From Jatrophihabitans sp. (GTDB lineage Bacteria; Actinomycetota; Actinomycetes; Mycobacteriales; Jatrophihabitantaceae): a DNA stretch of 45,063 nucleotides. The notes under the pieces are model-generated. The model saw only the letters and a list, made by a program, of their open reading frames with translations. It did not search any database and had not been told where the DNA came from. Positions 1-8,776 of the stretch are shown piece by piece. Positions within the stretch are counted from its first letter, which is position 1. Each line of letters opens with the position of its first letter. The position numbers and the translations under genes were made by a program. The stretch lies in contig JBDTFN010000193.1 in the NCBI GenBank assembly GCA_039937915.1, positions 1 to 45,063 on the forward strand. Direction: 5' to 3'.

Positions 1-154
1 CGTGGTCGCTGCGAGCCTCGAGTCGGTCCTCGCCCTGTGCCTGGGGTGCCACGCCTTCGCCCTGCTGATGCGCATCGGTGTCATCCCCGAGGCGGCCTGT
101 GTCGCGTGTGCCGACATCTCGCTGCGGTCCGCGACGGCCTCGCCGACGGCCTAG
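1..154 (+). CDS. 3' end of a membrane protein, probably DUF4395 family (partial)
   Basis: Frame 2 reads VVAASLESVLALCLGCHAFALLMRIGVIPEAACVACADISLR...TAG at 152-154. The LES..xCLGC and C-x2-C tail resemble actinobacterial DUF4395 proteins. Confidence 0.6.
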   Translation, partial: VVAASLESVLALCLGCHAFALLMRIGVIPEAACVACADISLRSATASPTA

Positions 155-191
155 AACGTCGCCTGATCAGGACCTGCGGCACACTGGGCCG

Positions 192-977
192 GTGAGCGCG
201 GAGCCGGACATGCAGCCGACCCGCGAACCACGCGCGAAGGACCGGTTCGGTCTTGAGATCGTCGCGGTGCTGGGCGTCTCGTACGGGATGTCCGGGCTCT
301 ACTCGCTGCTGACCCTCATCCGCAACGAGATCACCGTCCAGGGCGGGGTCGCCAACACCCAGGTCACCGTAGCCAGCGGAGGCCAGACCCGGTACGAGTT
401 GCTGGACCTGCTCGACTCGTTGGCCGACGTCCTGCACGGAATCCTCCCCGCGTTCCTCGCCGTCGTCTTGCTGCTGCGCTCGCCGGGCGGTCCTGGGTTG
501 GGCATCGGGCTCGGCCGACTGCGACTGCGCGAACTCGCCCAGGGCGCCGGCTTCGCGGCGCTCATCGGCGTCCCGGGGATCGGCTTGATCTACGCGGCCC
601 GTCAGTTCGGCCTCAACGCGCAAATCGTGGCGTCGAACTTCCCCGACGTCTGGTATCGAATCCCGGTGCTGGCGCTCGATGCGTTCCAAAACGGAGCGGC
701 CGAGGAGATCGTCGTCCTCGCCTTCCTCCTGACACGGTTACGTCAGCTCGGCTGGACGAACCAGCGTGCCCTGGCCCTTGAAGCCGTGATACGCGGTTCC
801 TATCACCTCTACCAGGGCTACGGCGGGTTCGTCGGCAACGCCGTCATGGGTCTGATATTCGGGTGGTGGTTCCAGCGCACCCGACGGGTCTGGCCGCTCA
901 TCGTCGCGCACACGATCATCGACGCGGTCAGCTTCATCGGCTACATCTACCTCAAGAACCACGTCTCGTGGCTCTAG
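192..977 (+). CDS. CPBP (CAAX protease/Abi) family intramembrane glutamic endopeptidase
   Basis: Motifs AAEEIVV, SYHLYQG and IVAHTIID with several TM helices. Start is GTG192 or ATG210; the extension to 78 is low-complexity. Confidence 0.85.
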   Translation: MSAEPDMQPTREPRAKDRFGLEIVAVLGVSYGMSGLYSLLTLIRNEITVQGGVANTQVTVASGGQTRYELLDLLDSLADVLHGILPAFLAVVLLLRSPGGPGLGIGLGRLRLRELAQGAGFAALIGVPGIGLIYAARQFGLNAQIVASNFPDVWYRIPVLALDAFQNGAAEEIVVLAFLLTRLRQLGWTNQRALALEAVIRGSYHLYQGYGGFVGNAVMGLIFGWWFQRTRRVWPLIVAHTIIDAVSFIGYIYLKNHVSWL

Positions 978-1021
978 CCGTGTGACGTTGGACGCGGGGC
1001 GGTTGACAGCGAACGGTCAGG

Positions 1022-1043
1022 TGAGGTTAGGCTGTCCTAACCT
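1022..1043. promoter_or_regulatory. IdeR/DtxR-type iron box upstream of feoA
   Basis: TGAGGTTAGGCTGTCCTAA (1022-1040) matches 16/19 of the consensus TTAGGTTAGGCTAACCTAA. Perfect inverted repeat AGGTTAGG-N4-CCTAACCT at 1024-1043. TTGACA at 1003-1008 and TAGGCT at 1028-1033. Confidence 0.85.
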
Positions 1044-1081
1044 GTACGGGTGCACTCGCGGTAACCGACGAATGAGGTCAC

Positions 1082-1384
1082 ATGTTCCAACTTCCGACGC
1101 TCCGTCGGCACGCGGCGACCCCATCCGCGTACACCGAAAGTGACTCCACCATCACGTTGGCCGATCTCCAGCAGGGCAGTAGCGCACGCATCGTCGACGT
1201 CTGCGGCGATGGCGACCCAGCCGCTGCACGTCGACTTTTCGATCTGGGGTTTGCACCGGATGCCCTGGTGCAGATGATCCGCCGGGCGCCGTTGGCTGAC
1301 CCCGTCATCTTCCGTATCGCCGGCTACGACGTGGCGCTTCGCCGCGCACAGGCACGCCGGATCCGAGTCCTGCCCACGCTGTGA
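1082..1384 (+). CDS. feoA: Ferrous iron transport protein A
   Basis: RRLFDLGF...RRAPLADP...VALRRAQA FeoA signature; overlaps the feoB start. Confidence 0.92.
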   Translation: MFQLPTLRRHAATPSAYTESDSTITLADLQQGSSARIVDVCGDGDPAAARRLFDLGFAPDALVQMIRRAPLADPVIFRIAGYDVALRRAQARRIRVLPTL

Positions 1385-3324
1385 GTACCGCCGACGACCC
1401 CCACGGCGGCGCGACGGAGGTACTTCGACGCACCCGACTCGCCCTTGTCGGCAGCCCGAACTCGGGCAAGACGACCCTGTTCAACGCGCTGACCGGGCTG
1501 CGGGCCAAGACCGGCAACTACCCCGGCGTCACCGTCTCCCGCTACGAGGGTGCGGCGGTGATCGACGGTGCAGAGCTGATCGTCGAGGACCTCCCCGGCA
1601 GTTACAGCCTGGACCCGATCAGCCCCGATGAGCACATCGTGCTGGAGTCCCTCGACCCTTCCAACGACCGCGTCGAGACGCCGGACGGCCTGCTCGTCAC
1701 CTTGGACACCACGACACTGCAGCGATCGCTGAACTTGCTCGCGCAGGTCCTGCAGACCGATCTGCCGGTGTGCGTCGTGCTCACCTTCAGTGATGAACTC
1801 ACCCGTCGGCAGGGTTCGCTCGACGTCGCTGCGCTGGGTCGTGCGCTTGGTGTCCCGACCCTCGCGGTAACGAGCGGGCGGAGGCACGACCTCGCGGCGC
1901 TGCGCGAACTTCTGCCGGATCCGCGAGCATGGGCTCGGCCGGCGCTGCCGCCGCCCGTGGAACCGGCCGAGGTGCGGGCGTGGAGCCAGTCGGTGCTGGC
2001 CGCTGCGCGGTACACGCTGCCCGCGCAGGACGAACGCACGCGTCGGATCGACAACGTGCTGCTGCACCCGCTGTGGGGAAGTCTCGTCTTCTTCGCGGTC
2101 ATGTTCTCGCTCTTCCAGGTGATCTTCACCGTGGCGGCACCGATCCAGGACCAGATCGACGAGTTCTTCGGCTATCTGGGCAGCCAGGCCCAAGAACACA
2201 TCTCCAACGCGTTGGTCGGCGGATTCATCGCCGATGCCCTGTTCGGTGGGGTGGGCAGCGTGTTGGTCTTCCTGCCGCAGATCGTGTTGCTGTTCGTGAT
2301 GATCTCGCTGCTCGAGGGCGTGGGCTACATGTCCCGCGCAGCGTTCCTGATGGACCGCGTGATGGCGAAGGCCGGGCTCGAGGGGCGCGCGTTCGTGGCG
2401 TTGCTGTCCTCGATGGCCTGTGCGGTGCCCGGAATCATGGCCACCCGGACCCTGCCGTCAGCGCGAGACCGACTGGCGACCATGATGGGCGCCCCCCTGA
2501 TGACCTGCTCGGCGCGCCTCCCGGTGTACGTGCTGCTCGTCGGGCTGGCGGTCGACCCGAACCTACGCTGGGGGCCGGTCGGCGCGCAGGGCCTGACGAT
2601 GTTCGGCCTCTACGTCGGTGGCGCACTGGCTGCGATGACCGCGGCCTGGGTCTTCTCCCGGCTCGGCCGCAGCAAGGGACCGCTGTTGCCGTTCTACATG
2701 GAGATGCCGCCCTACCGGATCCCCTCCGCTCGGTCGGTCGCGCTCTCGGTGTGGGATGCCTCGAAGACCTTCCTGCGCAAGGTCGGCAAGATCATCCTGG
2801 TCGTCACCGTCCTGCTGTGGTTGTTGCTGAACCTGCCGGCTCGTGACAACGCCGAGCTGCGCATGGCCGGCGTGAACACCGCTGACGCCACCGCTGTGTC
2901 GGCGTACAAGATCGATCACAGCTACGGCGCGGCCGTCGGCCGGGGCGTCGAACCGGTCTTCGAGCCGCTGGGCTTCGACTGGCGCATCAACGTCGGCGTC
3001 GTGGCGTCCCTGTCCGCGCGCGAGGTCTTCGTGGCGACGCTCGGCCAGGTCGCCTCCGCCGAGAAGGCCGAGGCTCCGCAGACCGCGCTGAAGAAGTTGA
3101 AGGTGGCCGACGGCCCGCGGGCCGGAGAGCCGCTGTTCACCGGGCCGGTCGTCGCCGCCCTGCTCGTATTCTTCCTGTTCGCGCTGCAATGCACCTCGAC
3201 GATCGCGGTGATGCGCCGCGAGACCGGGTCCTGGAAATGGCCCGCGATCGCGTTCAGCTACATGTTCGTCCTGGCCTGGGTGATGGCGCTGCTGGCCCGG
3301 ATCGTCGTCGGGGCGTTGAGCTGA
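1381..3324 (+). CDS. feoB: Ferrous iron transport protein B
   Basis: G1 GSPNSGKT, GNYPGVTV, G3 DLPG, membrane motifs GYMSRAAFLMD, CAVPGIMATR and TCSARLPVY. Confidence 0.96.
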   Translation: MSTADDPHGGATEVLRRTRLALVGSPNSGKTTLFNALTGLRAKTGNYPGVTVSRYEGAAVIDGAELIVEDLPGSYSLDPISPDEHIVLESLDPSNDRVETPDGLLVTLDTTTLQRSLNLLAQVLQTDLPVCVVLTFSDELTRRQGSLDVAALGRALGVPTLAVTSGRRHDLAALRELLPDPRAWARPALPPPVEPAEVRAWSQSVLAAARYTLPAQDERTRRIDNVLLHPLWGSLVFFAVMFSLFQVIFTVAAPIQDQIDEFFGYLGSQAQEHISNALVGGFIADALFGGVGSVLVFLPQIVLLFVMISLLEGVGYMSRAAFLMDRVMAKAGLEGRAFVALLSSMACAVPGIMATRTLPSARDRLATMMGAPLMTCSARLPVYVLLVGLAVDPNLRWGPVGAQGLTMFGLYVGGALAAMTAAWVFSRLGRSKGPLLPFYMEMPPYRIPSARSVALSVWDASKTFLRKVGKIILVVTVLLWLLLNLPARDNAELRMAGVNTADATAVSAYKIDHSYGAAVGRGVEPVFEPLGFDWRINVGVVASLSAREVFVATLGQVASAEKAEAPQTALKKLKVADGPRAGEPLFTGPVVAALLVFFLFALQCTSTIAVMRRETGSWKWPAIAFSYMFVLAWVMALLARIVVGALS

Positions 3325-3325
3325 C

Positions 3326-3940
3326 GTGGTCGCCAACCGACAGCCCGGTGACGCGCTTGTCCCGGTGCATCCAGAGGCGGTCACTGGCGACGCGCGCGCC
3401 CTGCGCTGGCGGACTCCGGTCGCCGTTCTTGCCTTCGTGGGCGCGGTCGAAGCCGCGCCCGACGATCTTGGCCGGCTGATGACGGACGGAACCCTCGAGT
3501 CGCTGAGCGTCGAACCGGATGCCGTGCTGGCCCGGCTCGGTGCGGGACGTGATTGGCGCACGGAGGGACCGCGGTTTCGGACCGCCGTGCAGGCAGCGCT
3601 GGGCCGCCCTGATGGATGGACGCCGGGCATCGGAGCGGGCACCGGTGATGACGCACTACGAATGGCGGTCGAGCAGGTCATCGCCGGCGAGGTCGGCGAT
3701 TACGTTCGCTCGCACGGCGGAGAGATCAGCCTGGTGTCGGTGACCGACGGCCACGTCGAGGTCAATCTGTCCGGTGCGTGCAGTCACTGTCCGGCCTCCG
3801 AGATGACCCTCACCCAGCGCGTCGACGTCGCGGTGCGTCGGCTCTACCCCGAGCTGCGTGGACTGCGCGCGGCACCGAACGTCGGGGCCCCGACCGCGGC
3901 GCGACGGCTGCTAGGGATGGCCGCTACCCGGGGTCGCTGA
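3326..3940 (+). CDS. NifU/Nfu-domain Fe-S carrier-like protein
   Basis: C-terminal YVRSHGGEI...LSGACSHCPAS with CxxC; starts 1 nt after the feoB stop. Confidence 0.85.
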   Translation: MVANRQPGDALVPVHPEAVTGDARALRWRTPVAVLAFVGAVEAAPDDLGRLMTDGTLESLSVEPDAVLARLGAGRDWRTEGPRFRTAVQAALGRPDGWTPGIGAGTGDDALRMAVEQVIAGEVGDYVRSHGGEISLVSVTDGHVEVNLSGACSHCPASEMTLTQRVDVAVRRLYPELRGLRAAPNVGAPTAARRLLGMAATRGR

Positions 3941-3946
3941 AGACGC

Positions 3947-3986
3947 GACCTGCACCACGGTCGTTCGGTCTGTCGCGGTGCAGGTC
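3947..3986. terminator. Stem-loop between convergent genes, likely bidirectional terminator
   Basis: GACCTGCACC (3947-3956) pairs with GGTGCAGGTC (3977-3986); no U-tract. Confidence 0.6.
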
Positions 3987-3995
3987 CGATCGGAC

Positions 3996-5264
3996 TCAGT
4001 GCTGAGGCGACGGGCCTTGGTAAGGGTCCTGCTTCGGGTACTCGTACCCCGGGTCTCGCCAACCCTCCGATGAGGGCGAGGGTGCGCGTGGCGCAGGGTC
4101 GTCCGCGGTCGGCACGCTCTTTCGCAGTATCTCGGCCACGTCGACCTTCGCGGTGGTGGACTCCGCCGCCAACGAGTCCGGATCGGTGTCGGACGCTCGC
4201 AGGTTTTTCGCCTCGGGCTGCTCGGCGGCCGGGGGCAGGTTGGAGTCGAACCAGCTGGAGGTATCGAGCTTGCTCGCCACGTCCGGTCCGCGGGTGCTCT
4301 GTGCCGCCAGCCAGGACGGTGCGTTGTCGGGGTCGTTGCCGGCCAGCTTCGACAGCCCGTCGAGCGCCTTGCTGAACTCGCTGGGCACGATCCACATCTT
4401 GTTGGCGTCGCCCTGCGCGATTTTCGGCAGCGTCTGCAGGTACTGATAGGCCAGCAGCGCAGGATCGAGCCGGGCGTCGTGGATGGCGCCGAAGGTGGTC
4501 TCGATCGCTTTGGCCTCACCCTGTGCCGCAAGGTACTTCGCGGCGCGCTCACCCTCTGCGCGCAGGATGCGGGACTGACGTTCGGCCTCTGCACCCAGGA
4601 TCGCGGCCTGCTTCTCACCCTCAGCGGCGAGGATCTGAGACGCCTTGTTGCCCTCCGCGGTCTTGATCGCGGACTCCCGCTGGCCCTCGGCGGTGAGGAT
4701 CAGCGCGCGCTTGTTGCGGTCCGCGCGCATCTGCTGCTCCATCGCGTCCTGGATGGACGGCGGCGGGTCGATGGCCTTTATCTCGACCCGGGCGACGCGC
4801 ATTCCCCATGGGCCGGTGGCCTCGTCCAAGACGCCGCGCAGCTTGCTGTTGATCTCGTCCCGGCTGGTGAGCGCCTGCTCCAGGTTCAGCGAACCGATGA
4901 CGTTACGCAGCGTGGTGATGGTCAGTTGCTCGACGGCTTGGATGTAGTTCTGGATCTCATACGTCGCGGCCCGCGGGTCGGTGACCTGGAAGTAGATGAC
5001 CGAGTCGACGCCGACGGTGAGGTTGTCGGAGGTGATCACCGGCTGCGGTGGGAAACTCACTACCTGCTCGCGCAGGTCGATGAGCGGCCGCATCCGGTCG
5101 ACGAACGGGAGCAGCAGCGTCAGACCCGGGCCCTGGGTGCGAATGTAGCGACCGAGCCGTTCGACCACGCCTGCCCGAGCCTGCGGAACGATCCGGACCA
5201 TCCGGGAAATGACGAACAGGATGACGACTAGGACAACGATCGCCGCGATGACTCCGCCGCTCAT
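3996..5264 (-). CDS. SPFH/band 7 (stomatin-like) membrane protein
   Basis: N-terminal TM helix, VVERLGRY, PQPVITSDN and AEG-repeat coiled coil; GGAGG RBS. Confidence 0.93.
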   Translation of the reverse strand: MSGGVIAAIVVLVVILFVISRMVRIVPQARAGVVERLGRYIRTQGPGLTLLLPFVDRMRPLIDLREQVVSFPPQPVITSDNLTVGVDSVIYFQVTDPRAATYEIQNYIQAVEQLTITTLRNVIGSLNLEQALTSRDEINSKLRGVLDEATGPWGMRVARVEIKAIDPPPSIQDAMEQQMRADRNKRALILTAEGQRESAIKTAEGNKASQILAAEGEKQAAILGAEAERQSRILRAEGERAAKYLAAQGEAKAIETTFGAIHDARLDPALLAYQYLQTLPKIAQGDANKMWIVPSEFSKALDGLSKLAGNDPDNAPSWLAAQSTRGPDVASKLDTSSWFDSNLPPAAEQPEAKNLRASDTDPDSLAAESTTAKVDVAEILRKSVPTADDPAPRAPSPSSEGWRDPGYEYPKQDPYQGPSPQH

Positions 5265-5313
5265 GAATTACCTCCGTTGGAGATGTGATTTTCGCTGTGA
5301 TCGGGAAACCGCA

Positions 5314-5775
5314 TCAGGCCTCGCCTGATTCGAGTGCGGGGTGGGGAACATCCGGAACGACGAGCGCGGTAGCGCCGTTGATGCGAACCACGCGTACCGG
5401 CGTGCCGACCTCGATGACCTCGGTGTCGTCGTAGGCGCGGGCCGACCATTCCCCGCCGTTGAGACGGACCCGCCCGTTCTGGGCGTCGACCTGACTGAGC
5501 GCGAGCGCCTCCATGCCCACGAGCGCGTCGCTGCCCATCACCGCTGGCCCCGAGGTGATGAGGTGGCGTTGGGCGATCGGTCGGACGCCGACCAGCAACG
5601 CGACGGTTGCGAAAATGGCGACCACGATCTGCAGCAGCACCGGAGCGCCGAAGGCCGCGGTAATTGCCGCGGCGCCTGCGCCGCCGGCGAACATGAGCAG
5701 CACGAAGGTGACTGTCACCGTTTCGGCAGCAGCCAACGCTCCGGCGGCAATAAGCCAGATCAACCAGTCAGGCAC
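5314..5775 (-). CDS. NfeD family membrane protein (short form)
   Basis: VPDWLIWLIAAGALAAAE hydrophobic N-terminus and GRVRLNGGEWSARA...GATALV OB-fold; adjacent to the SPFH gene. GTG start at 5775. Confidence 0.88.
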   Translation of the reverse strand: MPDWLIWLIAAGALAAAETVTVTFVLLMFAGGAGAAAITAAFGAPVLLQIVVAIFATVALLVGVRPIAQRHLITSGPAVMGSDALVGMEALALSQVDAQNGRVRLNGGEWSARAYDDTEVIEVGTPVRVVRINGATALVVPDVPHPALESGEA

Positions 5776-5845
5776 TTGTCCATCCTGGCACCGTTCGCTG
5801 TGCGCGCCCACTGCGCCACCCGTGGGCACGCCGCAGGCCGCGCCC

Positions 5846-6703
5846 TCAGCTCGGCGGCCCGGTGACGAAGTCGATGAGTTCCTCGACCGCGCGCAGCAGC
5901 GGCACCTCGACGTCGGCGAAGGAGTTGACGCTCGCGAGAACCCGACGCCACATCTCCCGCGGCTCGGACACGCCGAGCGCGGCACAGATCCCCGACTTCC
6001 AGTCGGTTCCACGAGGGATAATCGGCCAGGCGTCGATCCCGAGTGCCGTGGGCTTCACGGCCTGCCACACGTCGACGTAGGGATGGCCGTTGACCAGCAC
6101 CGAAGCGGAGAAACCGGACCGGCGGACATCATCGGCGATGCGCGTCTCCTTGCTGCCGATGACGAGGTGGTCGACCAACACGCCGACCCGACGGCCAGGA
6201 CTGGGCGCGAACTCGCGCAGGCGCTCGCCGAGATCGTCGATGCCGCCAAGTGGTTCCACCACGACGCCCTCGATGCGCAGATCGTCGCCCCAGATCCGTT
6301 CCACCAGGGCGGCGTCATGGACGCCCTCGACCCAGATGCGGCTGCCCCGAGCGACCCGTGCGCGGGCGCCGGCGACCGCGTAGGAGCCCGACGCCGTTCT
6401 GGTCTTCGTCCTGGTCGACGGTGGCGTGCTGGCGGTAGGCCGAACGAGCGTCACCATCGCCCCATCGAGGAGGAAGGACGCGGCCAACATCGGGAAGTCT
6501 CGGCGTTTTCCGTGCCGGTCCTCAAGAGTCACCACATCGCGGCGTTCTCCCGCGTCCACCGCTCGCCCCACACCCACCACCGCTCCGCAGAAACGACCGT
6601 CCGCGGTCTCCACCACGAGGTCGGCCTCGGCCGGGACCTCAGGGACCTGTCGACGCGGGGAAACGGGCGCGGACAGGACGTCGGGGTAACGGTCGATGCT
6701 CAC
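5846..6703 (-). CDS. DUF3097 family protein
   Basis: RTASGS, SRIWVEGVHDAALVERIWGDDLRIEGVVVE and GHPYVDVWQAVKP motifs; GTG start at 6703 inferred. Confidence 0.8.
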   Translation of the reverse strand: MSIDRYPDVLSAPVSPRRQVPEVPAEADLVVETADGRFCGAVVGVGRAVDAGERRDVVTLEDRHGKRRDFPMLAASFLLDGAMVTLVRPTASTPPSTRTKTRTASGSYAVAGARARVARGSRIWVEGVHDAALVERIWGDDLRIEGVVVEPLGGIDDLGERLREFAPSPGRRVGVLVDHLVIGSKETRIADDVRRSGFSASVLVNGHPYVDVWQAVKPTALGIDAWPIIPRGTDWKSGICAALGVSEPREMWRRVLASVNSFADVEVPLLRAVEELIDFVTGPPS

Positions 6704-6796
6704 GACTTGGCACGGTACGGGTGGCGGGCGACGAGTTCGGGGAACCACGCCCGGCTCACGGAAGCTCTAATCTCGCAAGCTCTACCCTCTGAAAGC

Positions 6797-7537
6797 GTGT
6801 CCGGACTTCGCAGTGGTGCTCTCGCAGCGTGGGCCCGCGCCTGGTCGGCCGGCGTGGTGAGTCTTGACGACGTGATCGACGCCGCGACCGCGGGCGACGC
6901 CCCGCACCTGGTTAGTGGTCTCGTCGGTGCGGACCTCGTTACGCTGCAGGATCTGCTGGTGGCGTGGCGCGCATCTGGAGCGACGATCCGCTGTTCGCTG
7001 CCCGACGCGGGCGACGTGCGTGGCCTGCCCGCTCCGGCCGGATTCCGCGCCGCGGCCCTGGACGCCGGCGAAGCGGTCGTGGCCGGCGCGCTGTCGGTGG
7101 TACCCGAGGTAATCGACTTCTCCCCCAGCAGCGCACCGCCGGCGGTCATCTGGCGGGTCCACGCGACCGAGCAGGCCCCGCCGGACCACCAGTCCGTGTC
7201 CGACGCCCAGTACGACCTCACGACGGCGATCCGGGAATCGGCCAGCGCCCTGGCCGCGGCCGATGTCGGCCGCTGGCGCGACGGGCTGGGAGGCGGTCTG
7301 AGTGGGGCACGTCGCGCCGGGGAGAACATCAACCTGCCCGCGAGCTATCCCCCACGTGCAGTCGCGCTACTTGCCCAGTCCGAACGGTTGCAGGCTGTCC
7401 TGGACCTGGCCATGGACGATCCCCTGGGCGGTGCGGTCGATCGGTACGGCGCGGACGCCCGCAGCGCGGCCCTGCGACCACTGGCGACGGCGGTGCGTCG
7501 GGCCCGCCTCGCGGCCTACAACGCAACGGCGGACTGA
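6797..7537 (+). CDS. Conserved actinobacterial hypothetical protein (Rv1486c-like position)
   Basis: LAAWARAW...SLDDVIDA, LPDAGDVRGLP, AALDAGEAV and LRPLATAVRRARLAAYN; lies between hemH and nfeD. Confidence 0.7.
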   Translation: MSGLRSGALAAWARAWSAGVVSLDDVIDAATAGDAPHLVSGLVGADLVTLQDLLVAWRASGATIRCSLPDAGDVRGLPAPAGFRAAALDAGEAVVAGALSVVPEVIDFSPSSAPPAVIWRVHATEQAPPDHQSVSDAQYDLTTAIRESASALAAADVGRWRDGLGGGLSGARRAGENINLPASYPPRAVALLAQSERLQAVLDLAMDDPLGGAVDRYGADARSAALRPLATAVRRARLAAYNATAD

Positions 7538-7645
7538 GCTCACCTCAGGGGAACATGGTGGAAACACGGCCCACCCAGTCGGCGACCACCATCACGACAT
7601 GGCTCACACTGCGCGCGACGATGTCGACGAATCCCAGACGACGCG

Positions 7646-7960
7646 CGGGCGCTGCCGACGCTGCTGGTCTGGGGATCGCGGGACAGCATCGTGCCGGTCG
7701 GTCACGGCTACCAGGCGCATGCCGCGATGCCTGGGACCAAGTTCGAGGTGTTCGAAGCGGGCCACTTCCCCTTCCGCAGCCATCCAGAACGGTTCGTAGC
7801 CGTTCTGGAGGAGTTCCTCGCCGGGACGCGACCGTCACGCTGGGGGGTCGAGGATCGGCACGACCTGCTGCGCGAGGGCCGACCGGCGGCCGTACGGCGT
7901 ACCGAGGCACCGGAATATCGGCGGGAATTGCAGTCGGCCAGCGAACGATCGGCGACCTGA
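7646..7960 (+). pseudogene. C-terminal remnant of an alpha/beta hydrolase
   Basis: In frame ALPTLLVWGSRDSIVPVGHG...EVFEAGHFPF...PERFVAVLEEF...RSAT*. It has the acid/His region but no GxSxG half and no in-frame start upstream of the homologous part. Confidence 0.7.
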
Positions 7961-7963
7961 GGA

Positions 7964-8776
7964 TCACAGTTGGAGAGCCGCGGCGATCCGGTCGCGCTCG
8001 GCGGCGAACCACGTGATCCGCCGGGCGATGATCTCGCCAACCCCTTCGTTCCACATGCGGGCCCAGCCACCGCCACGGTGGACGGCGGCCCATTCCATCG
8101 TTGCGTACGAGTCGGTGAAGCGGAGATCAGCCGCGTCGAGCAGAGTCATCACGTCAAAACGGTCACGACCGTAGGCGTCGTAGAGCAGTCTGAGCCGGGC
8201 TGCTGCGTCGCAACCTTCGTAGACAGATGGCCGGTCGACCGGGTCACACAAAGGGACCCAATGCATCGCGGTGTTCACCAAGTCGATGGACCGGGTGGTG
8301 TGGCCACACAGGTCGAAGTCTATGACGCTGCAGGGCTGTCCGTCCCGGAAGACGGTGTTTTGCGGGGTCAGATCACGTTGGGCGACGAGAACCGATTCGC
8401 CCTCGGGAAATCGCGGCGATGGTCGTCCGGGTTCGGGGGGTCGGGCAGGTAGGACGAACCCCTCGCTCGCGTCGTGCAGTTGTCGAAGCAGGCGAGCCAC
8501 GCCGGGCAGGACCTCATCGCTGGCTGCCCAGGGCTCGACCGGATCGCCGGGTACGTCGCCGGGCATGAAGCTCAGGACGTCGCGTCCCTGCGAGTCGCGC
8601 CCGAGCCAGCGCGGTGCCCCAGCGAAACCGGCGCTCTCGAGGAACCGCAGGTGTTCCGCAACCGTGTCGCTGGTGTCCTGATGTGGGCGTCGGACCGTGT
8701 CACCGATTCGAACCACGCCAACGGTGACGTCACCCGCCGGCAACGCGATCTCCGGACCGTCGGGGAAGTCGGTCAT
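7964..8776 (-). CDS. Aminoglycoside phosphotransferase/kinase-like protein
   Basis: [22 protein letters not shown] and VIDFD motifs; ATG overlaps the hemH stop. Confidence 0.8.
   Translation of the reverse strand: MTDFPDGPEIALPAGDVTVGVVRIGDTVRRPHQDTSDTVAEHLRFLESAGFAGAPRWLGRDSQGRDVLSFMPGDVPGDPVEPWAASDEVLPGVARLLRQLHDASEGFVLPARPPEPGRPSPRFPEGESVLVAQRDLTPQNTVFRDGQPCSVIDFDLCGHTTRSIDLVNTAMHWVPLCDPVDRPSVYEGCDAAARLRLLYDAYGRDRFDVMTLLDAADLRFTDSYATMEWAAVHRGGGWARMWNEGVGEIIARRITWFAAERDRIAAALQL

Noticed and set aside
5513-7537. 674-aa ORF as a single large protein
   Set aside because: The first ~430 codons are the antisense shadow of nfeD and DUF3097; only 6797-7537 looks like a real gene.
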